From the NCBI GenBank assembly GCA_013239625.1, contig MU054098.1:1462067-1482066 (forward strand): 20,000 nucleotides of DNA, read 5' to 3'. Made by a program: the position numbers and the translations under genes. The DNA comes from Lama guanicoe (lineage: Eukaryota). The notes under the pieces were generated by a model, which was given only the letters and a program-made list of their open reading frames with translations, had not been told where the DNA came from and did no database searches. Below, piece by piece: positions 10,838 to 20,000 of this stretch (its first letter is position 1; each line of letters begins with the position of its first letter).

Positions 10838-10985
10838 CCATTCACTTATTTATTCCTTCATTTATTCATTCAGTAAGTTCTTCTTGATTCCTTAAACATG
10901 TGTCAGACATATAATTATATGCTGGAGGTTGGCAATAGTAGAGGAACTATGTCATAGTCTCTACTCTCAAAAATCTCTAAATCTC
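10838..10985 (-). mobile_element. L2 3' end
   Basis: CATTCACTTATTTATTCCTTCATTTATTCATTCAGTAAG...ATGTGTCAGACA...ATGCTGGAG...AGTCTCTACTCTCAA. Confidence 0.7.
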
Positions 10986-11186
10986 AGATACAAGCCCCTT
11001 TTATGATTCTGACCAAAACATAAACAAAAACAAAGAAACCAAAATCCAAAGAGGTTAACACTTTTATTAATTTACCTGAAAATATCTCTGTTACCAAAGC
11101 CAAGAACTGTCTTGTCAAGTTATATGTTTTACATTTCCCTTGGCACATTATTGAAATTTAATAAAAGTTAGTAAATGATCATAAGG

Positions 11187-11271
11187 AGCATCAATCCCTA
11201 AAGATCAAGATCACACATACATCACCATCCTCAAATATAAAGAAAATAGAAACATGAATTAATTTCATTCT
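11187..11271. repeat. 85-bp dispersed direct repeat, copy 1
   Basis: Matches 12624-12708 at 81/85 positions with no gaps. Confidence 0.97.
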
Positions 11272-11439
11272 TCGTATGAGATTTCATATAGAGAATTTTT
11301 AATGTCGTATATATCATGAGCAGTCATGCTAATAGTTGAACTACTACTGCGCTTCCAAATCAGTGCCTGCATTTCATGTTAACTAATAACTAATGGAATG
11401 CTGAAATGCTTCACCCCTGAACAAAATTAATTACTGGCG

Positions 11440-11690
11440 GTATTCTATGGCTCCCCACTGCCTATAAGATAAAACTACTTACTTAGTTAAACACTGAAGC
11501 CTTTTTACAACCAAATTCTGACCTTGTAATTTCTATCCTTCATGAAAGCCTTTCTCCATTTCAAACACTGATGCACAAGATATCCTGTATGCTGCCTCTT
11601 CCATTTGTACTGTTCATCCCAAATTCAAAATCTTCTTCCCTCCTAATTACTTAAAAGTGTACCCCTCCTTTGTTTCCCTCGTGCAGTAAT
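11440..11690 (+). mobile_element. L2 fragment
   Basis: TTCTATGGCTCCCCACTGCCTATAAGATAAAA...CACTGAAGCCTTTTTACAA resembles sense-strand L2 3' region. Confidence 0.55.
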
Positions 11691-11935
11691 TTGCTCAATA
11701 CTTGTTTCCTAACTAATTCTCTAGAATCCTTGCCTAAATTTTGAACTAAACAAAACTGTAACATCACTCTAAGAACACTGTCCTTTACCTATCAACAATA
11801 CGAAGGCAGTTATCAAACAATGCAAGTGATGAAGACCCTGGGGATTTTCACAAGTATTCCTATTTAGAAGCTATCCTGGTTGTTTCTGCAAAACATGCAC
11901 TTTCTTACAGAAACTATGATAATAAATAGGATATA

Positions 11936-12280
11936 CATTTTGGTCCTCTGTATCTGCGATTTCTGCATCCATAGAGTCAAACAACTACAGATCAAAAATA
12001 TTCAGAAAAGGATTCCAGCAAGTTCCAAAAAGCAAAACTTGAATTTGCTGCATGCCAACAACTATTTACATAGCATTTACAACATATTTACAGCTATTTA
12101 CATAACATTTACATTGTATTAAGTATTATAAGTAATCTAGAGATGATTTAAAGTACATGGGAGGCTGTGTGTAGGTTATAAACAAATACTATGCCATTTT
12201 ATATAAGAGACTTGAGTATTAGCAGATTTTGGTATTTGTTGAGGGCCCTGGAACCAATCACAGATACTGAGGGAAGACTG
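11936..12280 (-). mobile_element. MER2/Tigger2a-like non-autonomous Tc1/mariner (Tigger) DNA transposon, full length
   Basis: TA flanks at 11934-11935 and 12281-12282. Imperfect TIRs: CATTTTGGTCCTCTGTATCTG / CAGATACTGAGGGAAGACTG. Core GTATTATAAGTAATCTAGAGATGATTTAAAGTA...CAAATACTATGCCATTTTATAT...CTGGAACCAATC. Confidence 0.92.
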
Positions 12281-12623
12281 TAAATATCTCTTAAAATCCA
12301 CATTACATCGTGTTTCCAAGAGTTCATTCTCCTGAGTACTATATATTATAAAATCTCAATACACATAGTTCTAAAATGTAAAACACTGAAAACAAATCGA
12401 ATATTGTACAATCATTATTATACAGGCACCTTCAAAGAAATATCACAGAAGTAATGATTGCTGCATATAAAGATTTGTTCTTCCAAGATTAGGGAATAAT
12501 GAGGTTCAGTTATGCAGAAAAATTGAATAAACTATTATTAAGTGAAAAATATTCACTCAAGGTGGCATAATTTTCTTAAACAAATAAGCAAGTTATTACT
12601 CCAGTCTACTTTCAAGTATCAGC

Positions 12624-12708
12624 AGCATCAACCCCTAAAGATCAAGATCACACATATATCACCATCCCCAAGTATAAAGAAAATAGAAACATGAATTAAT
12701 TTCATTCT
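12624..12708. repeat. 85-bp dispersed direct repeat, copy 2
   Basis: Matches 11187-11271 at 81/85 positions with no gaps. Confidence 0.97.
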
Positions 12709-13039
12709 ATAAATGGCTTAGGGTGGAGCCTTGCACTACAGTATCCGTGGTCTATTTACCAATGCAGTGAAAGTGGTGAGTCTCTCCTGGTCAGTGCAAC
12801 ATCATCCCAGAAGGTGGCGGCATGTTGTTATGTTAATGTTACGTTAATTGCATATCTGTTCCATCCTAAGCCAACCATAAAGTACATGAATATGCTATCT
12901 GACCCTCCCAATTTTCAAACACTGGCTATACTGTATGCTGAAACAATCATCTCTCTATATCATATCTTTCTCCCGCCACAATCTTCCTTTCTGGTGTTTT
13001 CAACTGTTAAAGAGTTCAGACCAACAGTCAGATTGGTAC

Positions 13040-13520
13040 TGTGAATGCAAAATACTACAAACCATATCAGTAAACACAGAATGCTGAAGCCATCAAGTCA
13101 TCAGAGGCTGCCGCCACCCCTCGGTGAAGAGAAGCCTGCAGCCCTGCCTCTGCAGCCACTCACAATGGTGCACCCTGAGGGGACCCCGAATAAGAAAGGA
13201 CAGGATACTGGCCCTAGATAGCTAGGTGCTTGTCAAAGGGATGAACTCAATGAGCCCAAATGTTTGCTCCCTCCCATACGTAGAAAAGAGCTAAATTCTT
13301 TTAACTTGAGATGCCTGCTTTTCTTTAGTTAACAACTAATCTTGTAATGTTCCAACTACCTGGTCTTTGTTGTAAAGCTCCTATATCTCCTAGCTCCTCC
13401 CCTACCTCTTCGGAGCAGTCCCTCAGAGCTATGTGAGAGGCTGTCATCTAGGGCTCGAGTCCTCCCGCCAAATAAAACAGAACTCTCAACTTTTAGGCCG
13501 TGCGTTAATGTCAGTCGACA
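13040..13520 (+). mobile_element. ERV1-class solo LTR (MER41/LTR39-like artiodactyl family)
   Basis: GC-richer island running from TGTGAATGCAAAATAC to CAGTCGACA. TATA-like CCTATAT near 13380, TCGGAGCAGTCCCTCAGAGCTA, and AATAAA at 13471-13476 followed by AACTCTCAACTTTTAGG. No TSD resolved and the left end is uncertain (13005 is possible). Confidence 0.82.
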
Positions 13521-13819
13521 TGCCTTCTGTCTAATGTAGTGAAGCCCAGTAAGACTCCTTAGAAGGGCATGTACGGCCTTTAAAAATAAAAATCTAGCAT
13601 AAAGACAGGTAGTGCAGCACAAATTGATCACAAACAATCTGAGGCCCTTCAAATGACATAATGTGGATAACTTCCTACTTGGACTACCCTTTCATTTTAA
13701 ATAATGGTGACAAAAGCCCCTGGGTCATTCCATAAGGAATACTATATGCTACTACGTTTTAAAATGTTAACACTGATGACCAAAAAAGGATGGCGGATTC
13801 ATTACATTAACTTCATTTT

Positions 13820-13990
13820 AACAGATTTTTATGCAGCACATACTAAAAAGAAAACACAGTACTAGGTGCTTGAGAAGACAGAGCGAAATAAACTTTCAGA
13901 TTCCAATCATTCAGAAGCTCATATCAAAGGGAGTAGGGGTGCAGAAGTGTAAAAGTATATATATGGATATGATATGTGCTCCCATCAAAT
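13820..13990 (-). mobile_element. L2 3' fragment
   Basis: AACAGATTTTTATGCAGCACATACTA...AGTACTAGGTGCTTGAGAAGACAGAG...CAGAAGCTCATATC. Confidence 0.55.
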
Positions 13991-14179
13991 ATGAAAGGAG
14001 ATGTTAATGAAACCTAGACAGCATCTATACAGCCTTGCCAACATGCAGAAAGGAGATCTACCCTCCACCCTCTGGCCTTTCTCCTCTCATCCTATATTCT
14101 GGTCAACTAAAACTTCATTTTTCCCCTGAAGTAGTTTCTATTTATTAGGCCCATTTTCTCCTTTTGCTACTTATGTAAA

Positions 14180-14299
14180 ACTTTATTTTATGCAGGAAAT
14201 ATTCCAGACCTACACAATAGTATAAAAATACTACATCCACGTACCCACCACATAATTGAGAAATATAACATTACAGGCAGTTGAAGCCCAATGTGTACC
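14180..14299 (-). mobile_element. L1ME-type 3' end fragment
   Basis: TTTATTTTATGCAGGAAATATTCCAGACCTACACAA...CATCCACGTACCCACCAC...GAAATATAACATTAC...GAAGCCC. Confidence 0.6.
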
Positions 14300-14593
14300 C
14301 GCAGTGGGTTGAATTGTGTCCTTCAGGAAGATATGCCCAAGTGCAGATCTCTGGTACCTGTAAATATAACCTAAATTGGAAATACTCTTTGCAACTGTGA
14401 TCAAATTAGGTATCTTGAGATGGAGCGATCCTGGAGATGGACTGGGACGTAAATGGACTGAGGGATGTCCTTATAAAAGAAAAGACAGGGAGATTTAAGA
14501 CAGGAAGATTTAAGACAAATAAACACAGAGAAGCAGGTCATGTGCAGATAGAGGCATAGACTGGAGTTCTCCTGCCACAAGCCAAGGAATGCT
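14300..14593 (+). mobile_element. MaLR LTR 5' part (MLT1B/C-like), 3'-truncated
   Basis: GGGTTGAATTGTGTCC...AAGATATGCCCAAGT...TGGTACCTGTAAATATAACC, GTCCTTATAAAAGA and GACTGGAGT...GCCACAAGCCAAGGAATGC. Confidence 0.88.
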
Positions 14594-14599
14594 CTTAGA

Positions 14600-14858
14600 C
14601 ATCAATTTGCACTTAAACTCTGTGCCAAGCCCTATACCAAGTAGGACCTTGTAAATATTAGCTCGTTAAATTTGTACAGCAATCTGATGAGGTTGATACT
14701 ATTCTTCACCTCATTTACTGATGGGGAATTTGAGAATTATTATATGAGATAGGATTTGAGATATTAAGTCCTGAGCCCAAGATCTCACACCCTGTAGGTG
14801 AACTGGGACTTTTACCCAGGCTGTCTGGTTTGAGAGTTTACACTCAACTGCTGCGCCT
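14600..14858 (-). mobile_element. MIR SINE
   Basis: CTCTGTGCCAAGCCCTAT, ATGAGGTTGATACTATT...CTCATTTACTGATGGGGAATTTGAG, GCCCAAGATCTCACA and ACCCAGGCTGTCTGG. Confidence 0.8.
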
Positions 14859-14988
14859 GCCCCAAAGCACCAGGTCCTGCCTCTGCAGGGTAGCTCATAC
14901 CTTGAGTTTAAAGACACGGGGGACTGGAAATTGCTTTTGTGTCGAGTTTATGTTGACAGTTTGCCTAAAGTTAAACTGAAATAATCTT

Positions 14989-15019
14989 TACACATACACT
15001 CACACACACCCACACACAC
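14989..15019. repeat. Imperfect (CA)n microsatellite
   Basis: TACACATACACTCACACACACCCACACACAC seen directly. Confidence 0.85.
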
Positions 15020-15769
15020 CTCCAAATACATCTCTGAGTGATAGAAGTTTTTTGCCTCTACATAGTTTTTACAAATATTTTACACATCTCCCAATTCTTA
15101 CAAAACCTTAAGGCTATTTTTGAGATTCTTCAGTAGAAAAACTGCCTCACCTGAGAGAGATGTTCCATCTGGGACTCAGGCAAAGGTTTTGAGTGTGCCT
15201 GAGGCTGGGATATTATCCAAAAACATGGGGAAGGAAGCTTTTTACTTAACTCTGAGTTTCCCAGGTATGTGAGAAAGAAGAGAAGTCATTATGTGTAGGA
15301 GTTTTTCTACCCAAAGATTAATTAAATCTGTAAATTTAATTAAAACCCACAGATTCCCTATTTATTGTATAAACACAAGTACAACTCCTAACAAAGGTCT
15401 GGAGTTTTGTTCTTGCATTTTTGGAAGTGGGTGCTGCTGATGCTGTAGTCATTTCTGTGTTTCTTTTGTCTCAAATTCATACTGTTTGAATTCTTTGTCA
15501 GGATATATGTGCTATAGGAAGAAGCAGATTCTAGGTGAAAGTTGTCTAAATATCTGAGCTCAAGATACTATACTCTGCTCTGTGTTGCTAAGATTCTAGC
15601 AACTCCATGTCATCTTTCCAACTGGCTCCCTCTTAAGGTCTGTCTGTAGAGATTTCCTGAGACAAGAAGCCTGGAGGAAGGAGAATCCACTGTGTCTTGT
15701 CTCTGTTCCTGTTCCTCTCACTTTCACCCCAATAAAGGCAATAATAATCTTTTTAATGACTTTTAAGAA

Positions 15770-16859
15770 GCATTTTTTTATATGTCATATATATATATTC
15801 TTTATCCTTTCATTTGTCCATGAACACTTAGGTCGTCACTATTCCTTGGCTATTCCAAATAATGCAGCAATGAGCATAAGAGAGCAGAGCAGAAGTCATT
15901 TCCTCTGGATATATTCCCGGGACTGGAATTGCTGGATCATGTGGTAGCTCTATTTTTAATATTTTAAGGGACTTCCATATTGTTTTCAGTAATGATGGTA
16001 CCAATTAGCATTCCCACCAACAGTGCAAAAGGGTTCCCCCATTTTACCACACTCTCACCAACACTTGCTACCTCTTGTCTTTTTGATAATAGCCATACTA
16101 ACAGGTCTGACGTCTTAATCATGATTTTGATTGGCATTTCCCAGATGATAAGTGATGCTGAACAACTTTTCAAAGACCTGTTGGCCAGTTGTATGTTTTC
16201 TTTGGAAAAAAATGTATATTTAGATTACATACTCTCTTATTAACTGAGTTAATTTTTTTGCTCTAGATTTGATTGAGTTTCCTTAAATATTTTGGATATT
16301 AACCCCTTAACAGGTATATAATAATTTGCAAATATATTCTTCCACTCTGTACATACGTGGCCTTTTCATTTGTTGATGGTTTCTTCTGCTGTGCAGAAGC
16401 CTTTTAGTTTGATGTAGTCCACTTGTTTATTTTTGCTTCTGTGATCTTTGTTTTGGTGTCAATTCAAAAAAAAATCATTGCCAAGACCTATGTCAAAGAG
16501 CTTACCTCTATATTTTCTTCTACAAGTTTTACAGCTTCAGGCCTTATGTTTAAATCTTGACTCCATTTTGAGTTAATTTTGAGGAATAGTGTAAGATAAG
16601 GGTCCAATATCATACTTTTGCATGTGGATATCTAGTTCTCCAGCACCATTTACTGAAGAGACTATCCTTTCCCCATTGTGTGGGGCTCCCCATTGTGTGG
16701 GACTCCCCATTTGGAGCTCTTGTCAAATAGTTGAGCATATATGTGTGAGTTTATTTCTGGGCTCTCTATTTTGTTCCATCAATCTATATGTCTGTTTTTA
16801 TGCCAGTACCACACTGTTTTGATTACTATTGCTTTGGATTATTATTTTTTTTTCTTTTT

Positions 16860-16896
<37 letters not shown>

Positions 16897-16975
16897 TTTT
16901 CATCGATTCACAATCATTCCACAGTGTTGCGTCAAACTCCATATTGCTTTGGATTATAATGTAATATAAACTGCC
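15770..16975 (-). mobile_element. LINE-1 ORF2 3' portion and start of 3'UTR (L1MA-age), interrupted at 16843-16941
   Basis: Minus ORF 15964-16173 begins MKSCSASLIIWEMPIKIM, a degenerate L1 ORF2p C-terminus. Also antisense ORF2 motifs TTGCATGTGGATATCTAGTTCTCCAGCACCATTTACTGAAGAGACT and TTTTTATGCCAGTACCACACTGTTTTGATTACT. Confidence 0.92.
16843..16941 (-). mobile_element. Very short, young L1 3'-terminal retrocopy: 48-bp body, about 50-nt poly(A), perfect 16-bp TSD
   Basis: TSD TATTGCTTTGGATTAT at 16827-16842 and 16942-16957. Poly-T spans 16845-16893. The body's reverse complement, TGGAGTTTGACGCAACACTGTGGAATGATTGTGAATCGATGAAAATGT, aligns without gaps to the L1 3' end at 2768-2810. Confidence 0.9.
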
Positions 16976-17039
16976 AGAGATAAAGCACAGGATTTGGGTT
17001 GCTTGAAAAATAAACTACATCAACTGCCTTCAATAAGCT

Positions 17040-18650
17040 CAATGATAAAAGAATTAGGGAACATTAGAAAGGTGTGTCACAAAATAGAGACTATCACAAA
17101 GAGATATAAATTATAATTAGGGACAAATAACAGCATATCAACATACATAAAATGAGAGCTGCAGAGAAGAAGAAGGAGAGAAAACAGAATAAAATATTTG
17201 AACAAATGATAACTCAAAACTTCCCAAATTAGAGAAAATAACATGAATCTATACATCTAATAAGTTCAACAAACTCCAGGCAAGATAAACTCAGAGGGCA
17301 CATCATGATCAAATTATCAAAATTGAAAGACAAAGAGTGAATCTTGAAAGCAACAGTAGAAATGACTCCTCACATACAAGTAATCCTCAATAAGAATTTG
17401 TTCCAATTGCACTACAGAAACCACAGAGGGCAGGTGGCATTAGAATGACACAGTAAAAGTGCAGGACAAATGAACAAAAATACTCTGTCTACCAAGAAAT
17501 CTATATATGGGAAAATGAAGGGGAGAGAAAGACATTTCAAGATAAGCAAAAATTAAGAGAGTACCTAACAAAGCACTGAAAGGAGTCGACACTGAAATGA
17601 AAGAACACGGAACATTTATTTAAGCCCCTGAAGAAATAAACCACAAAGGCGAAGTTAACTACACAGACAAGTGCAAAAGCCAATATTACTGCATTTTTGG
17701 TTTGTAGCTCCTCTTTTTGTTCTCATATATGATTCAAAATACAAATGATAAAGCATTAACAAGAAATCTCTGTTAATGGACATCAAATACACAAATACAT
17801 CATTTGTCACAATAACCACAAAAAGGGAGGTGGCAAAGCTGGAAAGAAGAAGAGTTTTTGAATACTACTGAAACTACCTTGGTATCAATACAAACTTGAT
17901 TAGTATAAACTTAAGACATTAATTATAATCCCTGGGTTATCACCAAAAAACAAAAACAGCAACAAAAACAGAAAGCCCCCAAACATACAAACAAAAAACC
18001 CTTAAAAATGTAAAGGAAAAAGGAATGATAAAGGAATCACTGATGAACACTAGGAAAATTCATTTAATCACAGAAAAAGGCAGCAATTGAGGAGTTAAGA
18101 ACAAAAAAAGGGTGACATAGGAAAAACAAATGGCAAAATGGCAGAAAAGTCTCTCTTTCTCAGCAATTACTATAATACCAATGAATAAGACTGTCCAAGG
18201 AAAAGGCAGAGATTGGCAAAGGGGATTAACAAAAACATCCCCCAATTATGTTATCTGCAAGAGATTCACCTTAGATCCAAAGACACATAGGGTGAAAAAA
18301 AGAGGATGGAAAATAATATTCTATGCAAATTCGATACCAAAGCGAGAGCTGGGGTGGCTACACTGATATCAGATGAAACAGACTTTAAGATAAAAATGGT
18401 CACATAGTCAAACAAGAGCCTTGTATATTAAAAAAGGGAGTCAGCATATTAAAAAGATGCAATAATAATGTATCTATATGTCCGAAAACACATGAAACAA
18501 AAACTGACAGAATCGAATGGATAAGTACACAGTTTCTAAATAATCCTTAGAGACTTCACTACTCCATTTCCAATGAAAGATAGATACATAAACAGAAGAA
18601 CAATAATGAAATTTAAAAGTCGAAGGACAACAAATAACTTAGTACACACA
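17040..18650 (+). mobile_element. Old LINE-1: ORF1 remnant, inter-ORF region and ORF2 endonuclease remnant
   Basis: ORF1-like AAATATTTGAACAAATGATAACTCAAAACTTCCCAAATT and AAAGACAAAGAGTGAATCTTGAAAGCA. ORF 18130-18366 contains a frameshifted endonuclease motif (KTHRVKKRGWKIIFYAN; DNA ATCTGCAAGAGATTCAC = LQEIH). GAGACTTCACTACTCCATT corresponds to GDFNTPL. Confidence 0.88.
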
Positions 18651-19060
18651 AGCAAACAAACTCACATGTGTTAGGAAAGCAGCACAATGGAGACAGGCAA
18701 GGTTGTTACACATGCTTGAAACAGGCACTTTGTTTGAAGTTGATTTACAATATTGTGTTCCTATCAGATCCCTTCCATCTATTTTATATATAGCAGAGTG
18801 TATCTATTAATCCCATATTCCTAACTAAACCATCAACCTGACATTTCCCTAAGCAACCATAAGTTAGATTTCTACGTCTGTGAGTCTGTTCCTGTTTTAT
18901 AAATAAGTTCATTTGTATTATTTTTCACATCCCACATAAAAGTGACATGATATAATATTTGTCTTTTTCTGTCTGACATCACTTAGAATAATTGCTAGGT
19001 ACATCCACATTGCTGCAATAGCAATATTTCATTCTTTTTTATGACTGAGTAGTATTCCAA

Positions 19061-19089
19061 TTTATTTGTTTATTTGTTTATTTATTTAT
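19061..19089. repeat. (TTTA/TTTG)n tetranucleotide microsatellite
   Basis: TTTATTTGTTTATTTGTTTATTTATTTAT seen directly. Confidence 0.9.
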
Positions 19090-19560
19090 GACATCTTCTT
19101 TATCCACTAATATGTCGATGGACATGTAGGGTGTTTCCATGTCTTGACTATTGTAAACAGTGCTGCTATGAACATTGGGGTGCCTGTGCATTTTTGAATG
19201 AGAGTTTCAGACTTCTCTGGATATATGTCCAACAGTGGGATTCCTGGATCATAGAATAACTATTTTTAGTTTTTTAAAGACCCTCTGTACTGTTTTCGAT
19301 AGCAGCTGCACCAACTTACATTCCCACCCTTTTCTCCCAACACTCTTCAGCATTTATTATTCGTAGACTTTTTGATGGTGGACACTGATGGGTGTGAGGA
19401 GATACCTCATAGTAGTGTTGATTTGCATTTCTCAAATAATTAGTGATGTTGAGCATCTTTTCATGTGCCTGTTGGCCCTCTATATGTTTTCTTTGGAAAA
19501 ATGTCTATTTAGGTCTTCTGCCCATTTCTTAATTCGGTTGTTTGTTTTTTTCATATTGAG

Positions 19561-19730
19561 CTGGAGAATGTCATTCTAAGTGCCAGAAAGAGAAAGAAAA
19601 ATACCATATGTGATCGCTCATGTGGACTCTAAAAAAAAAAAACAATTGAACATAAATACAAAACAGAAACAGACTCATAGACATAGAATACAAACTTGTG
19701 GTTGCCAAGGGGGCGGGGGGTGGGAAGGGA
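19561..19730 (+). mobile_element. Younger L1 3'UTR (camelid-like) inserted in opposite orientation into the host L1; 3' end lost in the gap
   Basis: Abrupt strand switch to CTGGAGAATGTCATTCTAAGTG...CCAGAAAGAGAAAGAAAAATACCATATG...ACAGAAACAGACTCATAGACATAGAATACAAACTTGTGGTTGCCAAGGGGGCGGGGGGTGGGAAGGGA, ending in the L1 3'UTR G-rich tract. Confidence 0.88.
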
Positions 19731-19874
19731 NNNNNNNNNNNNNNNNNNNNNNNNNNNNNNNNNNNNNNNNNNNNNNNNNNNNNNNNNNNNNNNNNNNNNN
19801 NNNNNNNNNNNNNNNNNNNNNNNNNNNNNNNNNNNNNNNNNNNNNNNNNNNNNNNNNNNNNNNNNNNNNNNNNN
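19731..19874. other. Assembly gap (144 N)
   Basis: Run of N directly after the G-rich L1 tract. Confidence 1.
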
Positions 19875-20000
19875 AAATTAATCTCGGTTGCATTATGTGC
19901 AAATGTTTTCTGCCAGTCCGTAGGTTGTCTTTTCATTTTGTTGGTGGTTTCCTTTGCTGTGCAAAAGCTTACGAATTTGATCGGGTCTCACTTGACTTGG

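Larger units (their letters stand above)
18730..20000 (-). mobile_element. LINE-1 (L1MA9/L1_Art-like) 3'UTR and ORF2 C-terminus, interrupted at about 19561-19874, running off the window end
   Basis: Paralogous to 838-2096: CAACCATAAGTT...GTCTGTGAGTCTGTT, GGTGTGAGGAGATACCTCATAGTAGTGTTGATTTGCATTTC and GATGTTGAGCATCTTTTCATGTGCC. It resumes after the gap with GTAGGTTGTCTTTTCATTTTGTTG. Confidence 0.92.

Noticed and set aside
12062..12113. 20-bp internal repeat CTATTTACATA(G/A)CATTTACA in the MER2-like element
   Set aside because: I recall this duplication in artiodactyl copies of the family, so it is probably a consensus feature rather than locus-specific. Not verified.
11187..12708. CRISPR-, LTR- or transposon-end interpretation of the 85-bp repeat pair
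   Set aside because: Only two copies, in mammalian DNA, with no spacer periodicity, TG..CA ends, primer-binding site, polypurine tract or TSD.
12814..13044. 76-aa plus-strand ORF in unique sequence
   Set aside because: It starts at GTG, has no recognisable homology, and its length is within chance expectation.
7618..14917. ORFs at 7618, 11880, 13356 and 14711
   Set aside because: They lie largely within an LTR, the MER2-like element, an LTR and a MIR respectively, so they are chance frames.
19388..19936. ORFs beside or spanning the N run
   Set aside because: Antisense-L1 frames, or artefacts of N bases lacking stop codons.
19875..20000. Apparent excess divergence and extra CpGs in the L1 after the gap
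   Set aside because: It sits directly beside an assembly gap with mixed substitution types, so low-quality consensus cannot be excluded.

Overview
AT-rich mammalian DNA, intronic or intergenic, made up mostly of interspersed repeats. These include LINE-1 fragments of several ages on both strands, two ERV1-type solo LTRs, two MaLR (MLT1) LTRs, a MER2/Tigger-type DNA transposon, and L2 and MIR relics, plus microsatellites and a 144-N assembly gap. The young L1 3' ends look cetartiodactyl, most likely camelid; this is inferred from recalled consensus sequences and from seeing no Alu, BovB/Bov-tA, PRE1 or CHR SINEs. No intact protein-coding gene, RNA gene or prokaryote-type system is supported, and the supplied ORFs are L1 ORF2 remnants or chance/antisense frames. 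The best observation is a tiny, young, TSD-flanked L1 3'-end retrocopy (16843-16941) with clustered sense-strand A-to-G changes that remove its poly(A) signal, a pattern resembling ADAR hyper-editing fixed by retrotransposition. Also notable: an unexplained 85-bp dispersed direct repeat (11187/12624), a fold-back 5' junction of a short L1 insert (5652-5680), and a tail-less L1 3'UTR fragment nested in an L1 3'UTR. Repeat subfamily names come from memory of consensus sequences, and boundaries without TSDs are approximate.
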